DNA from: Octopus sinensis
Taxonomy: Eukaryota
Assembly (NCBI RefSeq): GCF_006345805.1
Contig: NC_043000.1
Coordinates: 75,578,001 to 75,642,000 of the forward strand
Reading direction: 5' to 3'
Length of the DNA: 64,000 nt
Shown: positions 1-13,249 of the stretch, piece after piece
Numbering within the stretch: the first letter of the stretch is position 1
Layout: each line of letters starts with the position of its first letter
Notes under the pieces: model-generated
What the model saw: the letters and a program-made list of their open reading frames with translations, nothing else
Told to the model about the DNA's origin: nothing
Database searches by the model: none
Program-made: the position numbers and the translations under genes

Positions 1-239
1 CTCTCCTCACTTCTGGTATTTCTACATAAAATCTCTGCCTTCACAGATGCATAAGTAGCGTCTGGACTAGGATCTGTAACGAGATCTCTAGCAGTAATTG
101 CAAGTTGCAGAGGCATACAGCTATAAAGAAGTTGCAATTGTTGCTCAGAAGAAATACTATGAGCTGAAAAATGTGCCTCTAGTTACGCAAACCAAAGTGT
201 TGCATCTCCAGTAAAAACAGGTAATGATGCAAAAGACAT
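1..239 (-). pseudogene. Gypsy gag N-terminus remnant (DUF7041-like)
   Basis: MSFASLPVFTGDATLWFA*LEAHFSAHSISSEQQLQLLYSCMPLQLAITARDLVTDPSPDATYASVKAEIL resembles the LPxF...LWFAQxEAxF gag motif; one in-frame stop. Confidence 0.7.
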
Positions 240-972
240 TTTGTTTTTAATTTTACCAGATGATCCTGTCAAAGGAAGGGAAAAAATCGAATGAAAGTAG
301 AAACTGATGAAAAAGGAAAAGAAACAAAAATAAATTGAAATTAAAAAAGAAGAAAACCAGCAATTGAACCAACAAATGTTTGTGTGTGTCCTAGCAGAGT
401 TGAGTGTGTGAGTGCATGCGACAAGTGTTTGTGTCTATGTGTTCGTGTAAGTGTGTACAAAAGACCAAACAAGGTGTATGCGTGTAAGACAAAATACAGA
501 GCATAGAAAAAATGTCTCAGCGTAGAGTTAAAGATGGAGTTAGTTTACCAGTTCTTGAGGTACACAATATTAAGAGTTCTATAACAAGATGTTGTGGGTC
601 ACGTGGCAGAGCCGGTTACTACCCGTGTAGAAGTTGTGGCTATGATGCTGTGCTGAGTCTCTTGATATAGATAGGTAGACTGCAACTGTTTTCCTCTCAG
701 TGAAAGATTCTCACTCTAACAGCGTGAGTAAAATTGGTCATGTTGGTGAGTACGGGCGACAATAAACTATGATGTCGGTGTTGATGGTGGCGTCAAAGAT
801 GGCGATGGCAGAGAAAGGCGTCATCGAGATGAAGGCGACAGTAGTGGAACACGTCCTGAGTTGCTGGGGTATGTTGGCGTTGTCGTTGACTGGAGCAGGA
901 ACATGGCTGGATCACTGGAACTGTGACAGGAACATAGCTGGGTCGCTGGAACTGGCCTAGTGTTCTTGTTTT

Positions 973-983
973 CGGGGTTACCA
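973..983 (-). promoter_or_regulatory. Primer-binding site, tRNA-Trp type
   Basis: Sense TGGTAACCCCG, 2 nt after the LTR-terminal CA. One mismatch to TGGTGACCCCG, the complement of the tRNA-Trp 3' end (recalled sequence). Confidence 0.7.
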
Positions 984-1319
984 CTTGTAGGATTTCTTCC
1001 TCTTTGTTTTAAAAAATGTATACATAAGGAAACAAGAAAGGCATCCGAACAATATATACAACTCTTTATTCGGGTATATTGTGAAATGTACATTTTGGTC
1101 AGTCAACAACCACACAGCAAATTTGGAGTTAATCAAAAACACGTCTACAGTGTTCAACGGCTGCGTCCCGAGTCTCTGCAAGGAATGCGACAGAACTTTT
1201 TCTGTCAGTCTTTTAGTGTGTGTGCATGAGGGAACCTTTGCAGGCCTTCTAGAAGATTCCAACCCCGCACGCGCACACTGAAAACTGTCAAGATGACTTC
1301 ACTACATATATATATATAT

Positions 1320-1951
1320 GTGATGCCTTTTAACACTTCTGTCATTCTTTTTCTTCACCTCATCCACATCTGCAAATTTTGTAGCACCAGCTTTTGTCAC
1401 CAGTGATAACCTTTGGAAAAAGGTTTGAATCAATTCCAGCTGCTCTTTCAGTTCACAACATGCATTCAGTTGTGACTGCTTTTGATCTTCCATGAGCAAG
1501 CAAGGCACAAATTTTGCTGCAACTCTTTTCATTTGCAATTTCTTGCTCAGAATTTGTTGGTAGGAGCACCAGAACACACTAGTCATATCAACAAGTAGTA
1601 AATTGTTTGGTGATGTGTCCACTAGGATCAGTTCATGAATTTTCATTCATTCAGAAGGTTGATGGTCACCCTGATCAAGGTTGGTCCTCAAGCGACAATT
1701 CCTAAAGCATGAAAACTACTTCTAAACTTGTGTTTTGTCATGGCAGTGGCATTGTAAGCTCTTTGAAGCATGAGAACTGTTTCGGCAGCTGGTTTCCCCA
1801 GCAAAAAACAGAATTTCATGGAAGCACACTGTTCCTTTGTTTCAGCTATAGCAAAAATCGATGAACAGGGGAGAAGCACTGCAAAACAAAGACACACCAT
1901 GTGACAGTACAATCCCACACAATGACGCCAGTCAGCAGACTGTTCCCTGTA
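1320..1951 (-). mobile_element. Degenerate mariner (Tc1/mariner) transposon fragment
   Basis: EQCASMKFCFLLGKPAAETVLMLQRAY (N-terminal HTH) and MKRVAAKFVPCLLMEDQKQ (WVPxxL-equivalent linker); internally deleted. Confidence 0.8.
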
Positions 1952-2245
1952 AGTCACATCAAGTGCTTTCTAGTGGCAGAAGCCTGAAATATGATCTTGT
2001 CCCACAAAGGATGTTTCTGGTTACTTTTGGGTACTCCCTTGGACATATACTCATATTCTGAGTTCTACTTTTCCTTTTTGCATGATACCTGTATATGTGA
2101 TATGTGTATACATTCTGTGCTCCTCCAACAGCATTAAGAGTATTTTTAACTCTTATTTCTAGCCATGTAGGTGCTCTGGCATCCTTAGTCACACTTAGTG
2201 ACGATTGAATTTTTCCTTTATGGTATCACATTGCACCTGACTGAT

Positions 2246-3497
2246 TATATCACATTGAATAAAAAAAGTAAGCAACATTTTGAATCATGAAGAATTTGTA
2301 CCAGATTTTTGCAGAGTTTTGAAATTTTTTAAACATTTTTTGCAACTGTCTGATAAAACAGAGACTTCCCCAAATGCATCAATAAATTAACATTGATGTT
2401 TTTTTTTCACCATTGTTATAACCATCTGAAATGGAACTGTCAAAGCGCAATATTCAAGCAATTTTGCTAGTTAACTTCAAAAAAGGATGTAAAGCAGCTG
2501 AAACTGCTTGTGATATTAATGAAACATTTGGGAATGAGTGGGTCAGATTGAAAATGGTTTAAACGATTTCGCAATGGAGATCTGAGCCTTGAAGATTGTG
2601 AGCATAGTGGATGATGGTCAATTAAAAACCGTCTTTCAGATAGATCCATGTAAAACCACTTGGGTGCTGGGAAAAGAACATCAAGTTAGCCAGAAAACTG
2701 CCTGCAACCATTTGCATGCAATCAGAAAATCAAAAAAGCTTGACATATGGGTACCATACGGTTTCAATGAAAATCAGAAAATGTGCAGATATGAAATTTG
2801 CTCATTGCTTCTTCTCCATAACCAGACCGATCCATTGATTGTATTGTAACTTGCATTGGAAAGTGGATTCTGTACAAGGATAAAAAAAAACATTCTTTGC
2901 AGTGGTTGGATCAAAACGAAGCACCAAAAACCCTCCCCAAACCCGAGCTCTTCAAAAAGAAGGTTATGGTGACTTTTTGATGGTGTACTGCTGGACTCAT
3001 CCACTATAATTTCTTAAAACCTGGAAAAACCATTATTGCAGAAACATATTGCCATGAAATTGCCAAAATGAATAAAAAACTGCTACTCCTCCGTCCCAGA
3101 CTGGTCAACAGGACCAATCATTCTTCATGACAATGCTCAACCACACATTTGACTAATGATGCTCCAGAAGTTGAAGGAACTTGACTATAAAGTTCTTCTC
3201 CATCCAGCTTATTCCCCACACATTTCTCCTACCGACTACCACTTTTTCAAGCCCCTTGATGGTTTCCTGTGACAGGAGTTCAAAAATCAAACAGATGCTA
3301 AAAGTGCATTCAAAGAGTTCATCAGCTCTAGAACTCCAGATTTTTATGTTACCAGATTAAAGAAACTCGTGACTTGTTGGCAAAAATGTGTTGATTGTAA
3401 TGGTACTTACTTTAATGAATAACATTTCCACATAGTTGAAATATATTGTGTTGAATTTCATGTTACAAAATGTTGCTAACTTTTTACTCAGCCTGAT
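2246..3497 (+). mobile_element. Degenerate mariner transposon (Hsmar1/cecropia-like), copy 1
   Basis: TIR-like ends (tatatcacattgaataaaaaaagtaagcaac / gttgctaactttttactcagcctga). KKLDIWVPYGFNENQKMCRYEIC and a YSPxxSPTDYHFF-like region near 3205-3250. Many lesions; paralog of 38142-39405. Confidence 0.85.
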
Positions 3498-3724
3498 GTT
3501 AATTTTTAGTATACGCATTAACATTTTGCTAAATCCTCCATAACTTTTTATGGTAAATACATATATGCTGGCACATATAATTAGCAGATCATGTGCCATT
3601 CAAGCAGTCCTCACTAAGTCTGGCAAAACTAAGTCTGGTCTGGAGATCCTTGAATTTGTCATGGGGTGGTTGCCTTCCCTCTCAGCATGTGTGTATACAT
3701 TCTGCACTCCTGCTATAGCATTAA

Positions 3725-3920
3725 CCTTTTTGTTAGCAACCTGGCTGAAACTGGCTCTGGTTCTGTATTACAACTGTCTTGTTTTCATAAGTTTTGAATT
3801 AAAATCTTCCACTAAACATTAGCTTAATGATAACTAAGTTCTTTTACTAAATTCTTTGTTATATTTAAAACAATTGAAAGAAACACAGAGCATCTCAAAA
3901 TAAATATGGTAAATAAAGGG
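3725..3920. mobile_element. piggyBac-type MITE with TTAA TSD
   Basis: TTAA at 3721-3724 and 3921-3924. Ends cctttttgtta / taaataaaggg resemble the CCCTTTCGTTAC TIR of the piggyBac at 24667. Confidence 0.65.
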
Positions 3921-4139
3921 TTAAGAGTATTTTAACTCTTATTTCTAGCAATGTAGGTGCTTCGACATCCTTAGTCGTCACACTTAGTGATAATTGAATT
4001 TTTCCTTTATGGTAATATCACATTGTACCTGGCTGTTTATATTAATTTATGTAAGTGTGTGTGTATATATATACTAGCAGAAACACTCATCATCAACTGG
4101 GTTAAAAAAAAGCTGCCAAAATTATATTATGAATATTGA

Positions 4140-4880
4140 AAGTTATTCACTTAGGTTGTATTGAATGAGGACCATTGGACCATTATGAATAGCAGTGGCT
4201 GCAGGATAGCGCTCTGTGGAACACCATTCATTATTTGTGATTTCTTGGAGGTGGCCTTTTGACTTCTGTCTTTTAGAAAGTCATGTAGCCATTCTCCAAG
4301 TTTTCCAGATATGCCAATATTTCGGAGCTTGTGATAAATCATACCAAGGTCGACTTTCTCAAAGGTCTTTGCAAAGTTGAGGTATATCACATCCACATTG
4401 GAGTTGTTGAGCAACTGCTTAAGCACCCAGTGGTAATGCTGCAATAGCTGTGTCAGGCAGTTTTTACCTGGTCAAAAACCATGCTGGGTATCAGTCAGTA
4501 AGTCATTCTCTTCAAGGAATGCGATTAATTTCCTTCCAACTATTCATTCCATGACTTTGCTGATGTGTGAGGTGAGAGAGATAGGCCTATAGTTTTTAGT
4601 AGCTCTGAAAAAGTAGCTGCAATGGTTTTGTAAGGACTTGTTTGCTTGACTTGAGGATAATTGCTGGGAATCTGTCAGGGCCAGCAGCTGAGTTTACGTC
4701 TATTGCTAGCATTACAACCTTTTTTCAATGTTGATGTAATCAATTCTTACTACCTCCTGTTCAGCTTCTGTAGCAGTAGAGAATTCTATAGGTTTGTGCA
4801 TATAAACTTCTGATCTATGATCCGTAGTATTTCAGTCTTCAAAGTTATTATTCATTCTGCAAATTTTGGTTTGTTGATCC
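4140..4880 (-). mobile_element. CR1/L2-group LINE reverse transcriptase fragment
   Basis: SAAGPDRFPAIIL, NYRPISLTSHISKVME, QHGF, NVDVIYLNFAKTFEKVD, GVPQSAILQPLLF. Confidence 0.85.
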
Positions 4881-4884
4881 CATG

Positions 4885-5560
4885 CCCAAAACTTCCTTAT
4901 AGACAATGTTTCAGGTTTTATCAGTAGGGATAAAAATGAAGATTGTCCTTGCCCCCACTATGGGGCCCCAACATATATAACTGACTGTCCTTCTCTAATT
5001 GCAAAGCAGTAACTTTCAAAGTCAGATGTTGGGACTTATTAATGGACATCGCAAAAGACAGTTGTATTATTAATTAAAAGTTGTTTGAATTGGAAGGGCA
5101 TATTGGAAGATATTAAAGGTAAGCAAGGAATAAAAACATCTTTGTCTTTTCAACAAGAAAGAATTTATTGTGGACTCTATGACGTTTCTTGCTAATTTCT
5201 TCACAAGTCTAGTGCCATTGCACAGTTTTGTTTGAGGAAGTCCTGCAGAAGCATGATTGGAGTGCCTATTTTCAATGAAAAGTAATGAGGAGGAGCTCCT
5301 TGTGTCTCAAGTGAGTTTAAAGAAGTCAATGGGGTAACTGACAATTTCCGAGTTATCAACAACAGAGTTTATAGATTTGTATGTTAATTTCCTGGAACAT
5401 TCTCGAGTCTTTCTTTTAAATTATTCACAGTAATGTTCTTTAGTGCCAGTTGTTTTATTTAGTTATCTCCCTAAATAAATGACAGAAGCTTAAAACCTGA
5501 AAGAGTGGTAATCTATTTGGGAACTGCAACATCTACATTTTGGAAAAGGGCCACTAGCTC
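4885..5560 (-). mobile_element. Helitron RepHel PIF1-like helicase C-terminal remnant
   Basis: Across frameshifts: [68 protein letters not shown]. Confidence 0.8.
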
Positions 5561-5727
5561 CCTTCAGGACAAACTTCCATTGTCTTCGGTGTAAAATTTT
5601 ACACAACATGTAGCTTTAATTTTTATATAGATGGTGTAGCCTTTTCTTGCTAGAGATGGTCTGATAGACAGACAGAAACAAATTTTCATCTTTATTATAT
5701 ACACACACATATAATATATCCTTATAT

Positions 5728-6262
5728 TCTTTTATTTGTTTCAGTCATCTGACTGCAGCCATGCTGGAGGATCGGCTTTAGTCGAACAAATTGACTCCAG
5801 GACTTATTTCTTGACTTATTCTATCGGTCTCTTTTGCTGAACAGCTAAGGTACAGGAATGTAAACACACCGACATTGATTGTCAAGTATTGGTGGGGGAA
5901 CAAACACAGATACATAAACACACACACATATAATATATATATATAACTAGTAGAGATACCCTGACTTGCTCGGGATTAAAATGGCATAGTTATTTATTGT
6001 TTTACTTTATTATTTCAGTTAGGTGACTGCAGCCATGCTGGAGCACAGCCTTTAGTTGAAAAAAATCGACTACAGGATATTCTTTTTAAGCCTAGCACTT
6101 ATCTATCAGTGTATTTTGCCGAACAGCTAAGTTATGGAAACATAAACACAGCAACATTGGTTGTGAAGCAATGGTGGGGTACAAATAGAGACACACATAC
6201 ACACACACAAATACATACATACATATGACAGTCTTCTTTCAGTTTCTGTGTAATCCACTCAC
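5728..6262 (-). repeat. Two partial copies of the tRNA-derived SINE family (same family as 19017 and 21605)
   Basis: tttcagtcatctgactgcagccatgctggag ... cttattctatcggtctcttttg blocks at 5740-5920 and 6015-6260. Confidence 0.75.
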
Positions 6263-6265
6263 AAT

Positions 6266-9200
6266 ATCATCATCCTCATCATCGTTTAACGTCCGCTTTC
6301 CATGCTAGCATGGGTTGGACAACTTGACTGAGGGCTGACGAACCAGATGGCTGCACCGGGCTCCAATCTTGATCTGGCAGTTTCTACAGCTGGATGCCCT
6401 TCCTAACATCAACCACTCTGAGAGTGTAGTGGGTGCTTTTACGTGCCACCGGCACGGGGGCCAGTCAGGCGATACTGGTAATGACCTCGCTCGAATCTTT
6501 TTATATATGCCACCGGCACAGGTGCCAGTAAGGCAATGCTGGTAACGATCACGCTCGAATGGTGCCTTTTACATGCCACCGGCATGGAAGCCAGCTAGCC
6601 GCTCTGTCAACGATCACACTCGTATGGTGCTCTTTGCACCCTGCTAGCACGGGTGCCAGTCATCAAATTTCACTTGCCTCAACAGGCCTTCGCAAGCAGA
6701 GTTTAGTGTCCAAAGAAAAGAAAAGGTACGCATAAGTGGGCTGGTTACGCCCCTGCCATAAGCCACGAGGTTATGGTCTCATTTGGCTTGCCAGGTCTTC
6801 TCAAGCACAGCATATTTCCAAAAGTCTCAGTCACTAGTTATTTCCTTGGTGAGGCCAAGTTCAAAGGTCGTGCTTCACCACTTCATCCCAGGTCTACCTC
6901 TTCCACAGGTTCCCTCAACCGCTAGGGTGTGGCACTTTTTCACACAGCTATCCTCATCCATTCTCATCACATGTCCATACCAGTGCAGTTGTCTCTTTTG
7001 TACACCACATCTGATGCTTCTTAGGTTCAACTTTTCTCTCAAGGTACTTACACTCTGTTGACTATGCACACTGACATTACACATCCATCAGATCAAACTG
7101 GCTTCATTCCTTGCGAGCTTACGCATGTCCTCAGCAGTCACAGCCCATGTTTCACTGCCATGTAGCATGGCTGTTCATACACATGCATCATACAGTCTAC
7201 CTTTTATTCTGAGGGAGAGGCCCTTTGTCACCAGCAGAAGTAAGAGCTCTCTGAACTTTGCCCAAGCTATTCTTATTCTAGCAGCTACACTTTCAGTGCA
7301 CCTTCCCCCGCTACTGATTTGGTCACCTAGGTAACGGAAGTTTTTCTCCCTGGAATGTGGCGGAAGTTGTTCTTTGCGCATTTTCAGTGTTTATTGCACC
7401 CGAAAATCTGCCACATACAAAAGCTATCTTCCCAGTTAGCCTTTCTTTGATATTACTGCACCCCTTATGTGTCCTTAGCTTACACTGGGTACATCTTATA
7501 GAGTTTCTACCTATGCCTCTACTACAGATCGAGCAGGGCCATCTGAAGGGATTTGTGGTTTGCCTGCCTTCCTACTTATTTGGACTTTGGCTTTAGTTAG
7601 GTTGATTCTAAGGCCCTTCGATTCTAATCCTTGTTTCCACACTTGAAACTTCTCCTCTAGTTCTGATAGTGACTCAACAATTAGAGCAAGGTCATCAGCA
7701 TAGAGGAGCTCCCAGGGGCATCCTGTCTTGAATTCCTCTGTTATTGCCAGGAGGACTATGATAAATAGGAGGAGGCTGAGGACTGAACCTTGGTGGACCC
7801 CTACCTCTAGCCAGAATTCTTCAGTGTACTCATTGCCAACTATCACCTTACTGACAGCGTCCCTGTACATGGCTTGCACAGCTCTCACTAATCATTCATC
7901 TATCCCTAGTTTCCTCATTGACCACCAGATAAAGGATTGGGGGCACCTATCAAAGGCTTTCTCCATGTCAACGAAAGCCAGGTACAGAGGTTTATCTTAG
8001 GTTAGGTATTTCTCCTGCAGCTGTCTTACCAGAAATATAGCATCAGTGGTGCTTTTCCCTGGCACGAACCCAAACTGCATCTCATCCAAACTCATTCTCT
8101 CCCTCATTTGTTGGGCTATGACCCTCTCTGTGACCTTCATTACCTGGTCCAACAGCTTGATACCTTTGTAATTATTTGTATCTAAAGCGCCACCTTTACC
8201 TTTGTAGCTGTTGATTATGCTGTCACACCAGTCATTGGGTATGACTCCTTTGTGTATCACCTGGTTAACTATATGGGTGACTAGGCTATAGCCGACACTG
8301 CCAGATATTTTGAGCATCTCTGTAGAAATTCCTGATGGGCTGGGGGCTTTCCCTGTCTTCATACTTTTAATTGCTTTATCTACCAGATATCTACTCAGAT
8401 AACTGGTCCCAATGTTGGATCAACATTCGGCAGACTCTCTTTCTCCCATTCATTTTCTTTATCCAGCAACCTTTCATAGTGGTGTCTCCAAACCTCTCTC
8501 TTTGCAGCCCCATTTAGTGCAAGAGAACCATCATCCATATGGACACATTTCTCTCCTACAACATCACGATTCTCTCTCACACACTGTCTTGCAACATGAA
8601 ATACCTCAAGTCTTTGATCCTCACGGCGCAGAACATTGGCAAATTTTTTTTCTTATCTGCCTCCGCTCTGGCTAAGTAAACCCATCCCCTAGCTTCTCTG
8701 TCTTCCAAGACTGTCTCTTTTCTCTAATAGCCCTGTCTACAAGATTTGTTCCACCACCACGACGTTATTTTGGGTTGAGAGGGGACTTTGCACCATCCAC
8801 AGATCTGGTCAGTGGCTCTCAGCAGGTTGTCCCGTAGAAACCTCCAGTTGTCTTCTACACTATGTGAAGCTATATCCTCTTCTATTTCGTCAAAGGCTTC
8901 GAGTAATATGTCTCTAAATCTCTGTCCATTCGCATGATCTTTAAGCTTCCAGACCCTTCTTTTCCATGTTGGTCGTCTTCTGGACGTCCACTTAGTCCTG
9001 ATCCTAAAGTCACTAACTACCAGTCTATGTTGTGGGGTACATTCTTCGCCTGGGAAGGTTTTGGCATTTATAAGCAGCTATCTTTCCCTTTTTCTGGCAA
9101 GGATGTAGTCAATTTGGCTGGTATGTTGGCCCGATCAGTAGGTGACTGGTATGTTTCCTGAAGTTAGTATTGCAAGCCATAAGATCATTTGTATCGCAGA

Positions 9201-9760
9201 ACTCCAACGGTCTGGTTCCTTTCTCATTGTGGGAACCATAGCTGTAGCCTCCATGTATGCCATGGAAGCCCCCTGTATGTTGTCCAACATGTCCATTGAA
9301 GTCACCAACCACAAAGAGAAGGTCCCTGTCGTTTGTCAACGAGGTAGTCTGCAGCAGGGTGTCATAGAATCAGTCCTTCTGTCCATCGAGTAGCCCCGAT
9401 ATAATGGTTGCTAACCCATGGTGAAGCACTAATCTAATCTTAAGTATTCTGTCACATACTCTGACTACCTCAATTACTTCATCTACCCATTTTTCAGCAA
9501 GAAGTATACCCACGCCCCCGACCCTGTCAGTGTTCCCTGCCCAGAAAATTCCATCAGTGTTCTTTGCCTGTGAGGAACCTAGCAGAACCTCCTCTCCACC
9601 TTACTTCTTGGATGCAGCACATATCAACACATCTCCGTTCAAGCATCTCAACAATCTCACTAGACCTACCTTTCAGTGTGCCAACGAGTGCCAACCCTGA
9701 GGGTGTGGGAGGTATGGGCCCATGAGACCCTGGGACGGGGGACAGCGGCTTCAGGTACCT
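6266..9760 (-). mobile_element. RTE-clade LINE, near full length, degenerate (APE + RT + 3' UTR with (GAT)n tail)
   Basis: GDFNGHVG, CNTNFRK, KTGKAPSPSGI, QFGFVPGKSTTDAIF, VHQGSVLS, LLYADDLAL, RLYDACV. Tail catcatcgtttaacgtccgctttccatgc at 6266-6305. Confidence 0.92.
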
Positions 9761-11221
9761 GAAAAGAAAACTCGCATTTGGCAGAATTCATAGGCAAACA
9801 ATACAGTAGCCTTCAGTTCAACCTGCACACACTACCCTTTCATATTTTGCACTATATGATCATTACCTTACATAGGAAATAACCCTAGACTAGGCGTGGG
9901 GATGGCATAAAGCCTTTTGAAGTGTTCAGGGAGGCAACTCAGGGATGACAAAGGATAGGAACGATAGGAACTTCCGGTACAGGTGGAGGGGGTGGAAGGG
10001 CGGGAGCACCTCAAACAAAGCATAGTTTAAACAAGACAGCAAATGTTGATAATAGTAAAATAGACTTGAAAAATCTGGGAGTTCTCCGTCAGACATTCTA
10101 AGACAGAATTTAGGGGATAAATAAGTAACTGTATGATAAAACTTTAATAACTGAATGAGTCAATGAATATGTTGTAAGGTTATCTTAAGGGAACAAAAAG
10201 GAAGACGAGACTATTGAAAACTATATTTACATGATGGCATGTTACTGAACTAGACAGAATGATGAACAGAACTAATAGCGGAATGGTTTATGATCTGTGC
10301 AGAAATAGTAAGGTAGATGAAATGAGGTTGAAAAGATGAAAAAATTCTTATCTGTACATCAGGCATCCGTTATTCTTTGGCAGGGGATTGAAAGCGAGTG
10401 GGAGTCTGTGTGCGTGCGCTAGTTTATATAGGGCGGTGGTGGTGGAGGAAGTCTTGGCGAAGCGAGTGGTAATCGAAAGAGGGAGACAGAGAGAAAGAGA
10501 GACAGAGTAAGATAGAGAGAGAGAAGGGGGGAAGTGGTCATATATATATACACACACACATATACATACATACAGACATTTCGCATATATTATTAATTTA
10601 TCAGATATATGTGCTTAATTCCATATATGTAAAATACTCTTTGGTTTAAACCTGTTTAATTCCTTATCATTTATCTCTTATCTTAATCTGCATTGATAAT
10701 ATTTTATTTACAAATTTTTTTCTTATATTATATCATATTATACCATGCATTTATCCCTGTATTGTATTATCAGTACACCCTTTCAATAGCATATTTCTTC
10801 TTTTTTAGGTTTAAGGTTAACTCTTTTATTTTATTTTATTTATGTAACTTATTCTTTCATCTATTTATAATCTTTGTATGAAATTACATTTTGCATGTAA
10901 GTTGATCTACCTAATTAAATGTATGTTAAGTCTTATAATATACTCTAGTTAGCTTATGATAATTTAGAACTTTTGGTAAATCTCATATTAACCCCCACCC
11001 CCAACAACTGTTTTGCACAGTGTTCTATGATTCATGCTTATATATATATATATATAAAAAAGAATGACGGATTTTATGAATTGGCTTCATTGTGTTATTT
11101 TGGTGTATAATTATGCTTATTTCTCAGTTTTATTATTTCGTATATAATACATTTACTTATATATGAACTACATAGTTATGTTTATACCTATTTATTTCCC
11201 CCCACTAATAAGGAATCTATG

Positions 11222-11385
11222 GTAGAAGGAAGACATGGGATGAGGTGGTGGAGCAGAGGCAATGGCGAAAGACTGAGACCTCTGGAGATATGCTGTGATT
11301 GAGAAGACCTGGCAAGGAAAGTGAGATCACAGCCATAGCCTACACTAGTGTCGCATAACCAGCCCATTTAAAAAGTACCTTTGAA
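11222..11385 (+). repeat. RTE LINE 3'-end fragment
   Basis: agaaggaagacatgggatgaggtggtg ... tggagatatgctgtg matches the RTE ORF end at 35500-35620. Confidence 0.6.
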
Positions 11386-11388
11386 TCT

Positions 11389-13215
11389 AGTTCTATATTT
11401 AAGAGATGAGGAATTATGTACATTATTTACATTTGACAGATATTTGCCCTCATCTTGTTTGTTGTTAACACGTTTCAGCTGATATACCCTCCAGCCTTCT
11501 TCAGGTGTCTTGGGGAAATTTCAAACCTGGGTTTTCATTCCTAAGGTATTTTTCGTTGTTGTTGTTATTATTGTTATTATTATTATTATTATTATTCAGG
11601 TCACTGCCTGGAATCGAACACAGAATCTTGGGGATAGTAGCCCGCACTATTAACCACTACACCATATGCCAGTGGGCAATTATAGAGTGAATTTTAGGGC
11701 TTATAAATCTATTTTCCTATCCTTCCTTAATACTGGTTCCCATATGCTACTCATATCTACACCACTCAGTCTGATTAGGAGGTTGTTGTGTCCTAGCATA
11801 TGTGCTGCTTCTTTTAGTTTGCGTATTTTCCAGTAGTGTTCTCTGTCTATTATTTTAACTTCATCCCACAATATCTCCTTGTGTCACAGCTTTGCAATGT
11901 TTGTCTACCCTTATCTTGAGGGGGTGGCATGTTTTGTCTTTGTATAACTGACTACAGCTGCATGGGATGGAGTATACACAGTCTTTGGTCATATTCTCTT
12001 CTATTGGTGGTTTTACTCGAAGGTCGAAGGAGATACTTGCGAAGTGTTGTATTACTCTTGAATACAGTTGTTATGTCATATGGGCCACATATATTTGGTA
12101 TCTTTTCAGAGGCCTTTTACATAGGGTAGACAAACTGTGGACAGTTTATTGGTTTCATCTTCTCTTTTCTTCATAATTGGAGTGGATAGTATGTTTTTGG
12201 GGTAGCTGTTGCTTAATAGATTGTTACTTAACTTGATCATTTCTTCGTGGTGGGTATTACAATCACTTCTTATATTCTTTGCTTGATGTTTTAGGCACTG
12301 AGCAATCCCTCTCTTTACACTGTATGGATGGTGGGAATTAAAGTTGAGGTATTGTCTAGTGAAGGTCAGCTTGCAGTATATGGTGCATGTTATTAATACA
12401 TCCAGGAATGCTAGCTGATTGTCTTTTTCCTTTTCCATTGTGAACTGTATGGGCAGCTTTATTTAGTTTACATGATCTAACAGCATTTGGACATCTTGGT
12501 GGGGCCAGAGTATAAAAGTGTCATCAACATATCACAGCCATATGGTTGGTTTTAAGTATTCCGTGTATATATTGGCTATTATCGGTGATAATGGTGAACT
12601 TATAGCTAAACCCTCTTCTTGTCGATTTATATCAGTGTCCATACTGAAGTAGGTAGTTTCTAGACAGAAGGTTAACATTTCCATCAGGTTTCTTATTGGT
12701 ATACTAATGTGTTCTTATAAATGGATGTCTGTCACTAGTTTTTCTTGAATCACTGATAGTGCTTCACTAGTTGGGACTTTGGTGAACAGACTTATCACAT
12801 CTAGACTCACCATCTGGTTGGATTCAATGGGGGTATCCTCGATCAATTCTGTGAAGTGGGTGGAATTCTTCACATACGATGTTGACTTTCCTGCTAATGG
12901 AATGATTATATCCACAAGGAAGCAGCTTAGTGGATGACATGCTGAACATAGGTCTTAATGGAATACCATCCCTGTGAATCTCAGGGAGACCGCACATGTG
13001 TGGTAGCTTACTGTAGTGTTGAGTCAGTTGTCTGTACTTTATTTGTGTAAAGTGATCCTTGTTCTTGATCAAGATCTCTGACAACTTCCTTTCTGTTTTC
13101 AGAGTTGGGTCTTTCTTTTCTTTGCTGTAGCTACCATCACTTATAAGATTTGCCAATTTTTCAGAGTATACAACAAACAAGATGAGGACAAATATCCGTC
13201 AAATGTAAATACCTT
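11389..13215 (-). mobile_element. Penelope-like element (RT + GIY-YIG, degenerate) with pseudo-LTR
   Basis: LPHMCGLPEIHRDGIPLRP, MVSLDVISLFTKVP, YVDDTF, IQFTMEKEKDNQLAFLDV, YLNFNSHHP, LPYVKGL. pLTR at 11389-11670 and an inverted partial pLTR at about 13168-13212. Confidence 0.88.
11467..11509 (-). ncRNA. Minimal type-I hammerhead ribozyme motif (degenerate) in Penelope pLTR
   Basis: GACAC-CTGAAGA-AGGCTG(GAGGGTATAT)CAGCT-GAAA-CG-TGTT; 3-nt deletion at the cleavage site relative to the 30235 and 30485 copies. Confidence 0.65.
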
Positions 13216-13249
13216 TGAATTGTCAGGCAACATCCCATGCTTGAGGATG

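Larger units (their letters stand above)
1..1306 (-). mobile_element. Gypsy-type LTR retrotransposon, 5' portion (LTR, PBS, leader, start of gag); runs off the window start
   Basis: LTR 986-1306 with TGTAG...CTACA termini and AATAAA (plus-strand tttatt, 1065-1070). PBS TGGTAACCCCG at 973-983. A gag-like frame begins at 239. Confidence 0.8.
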
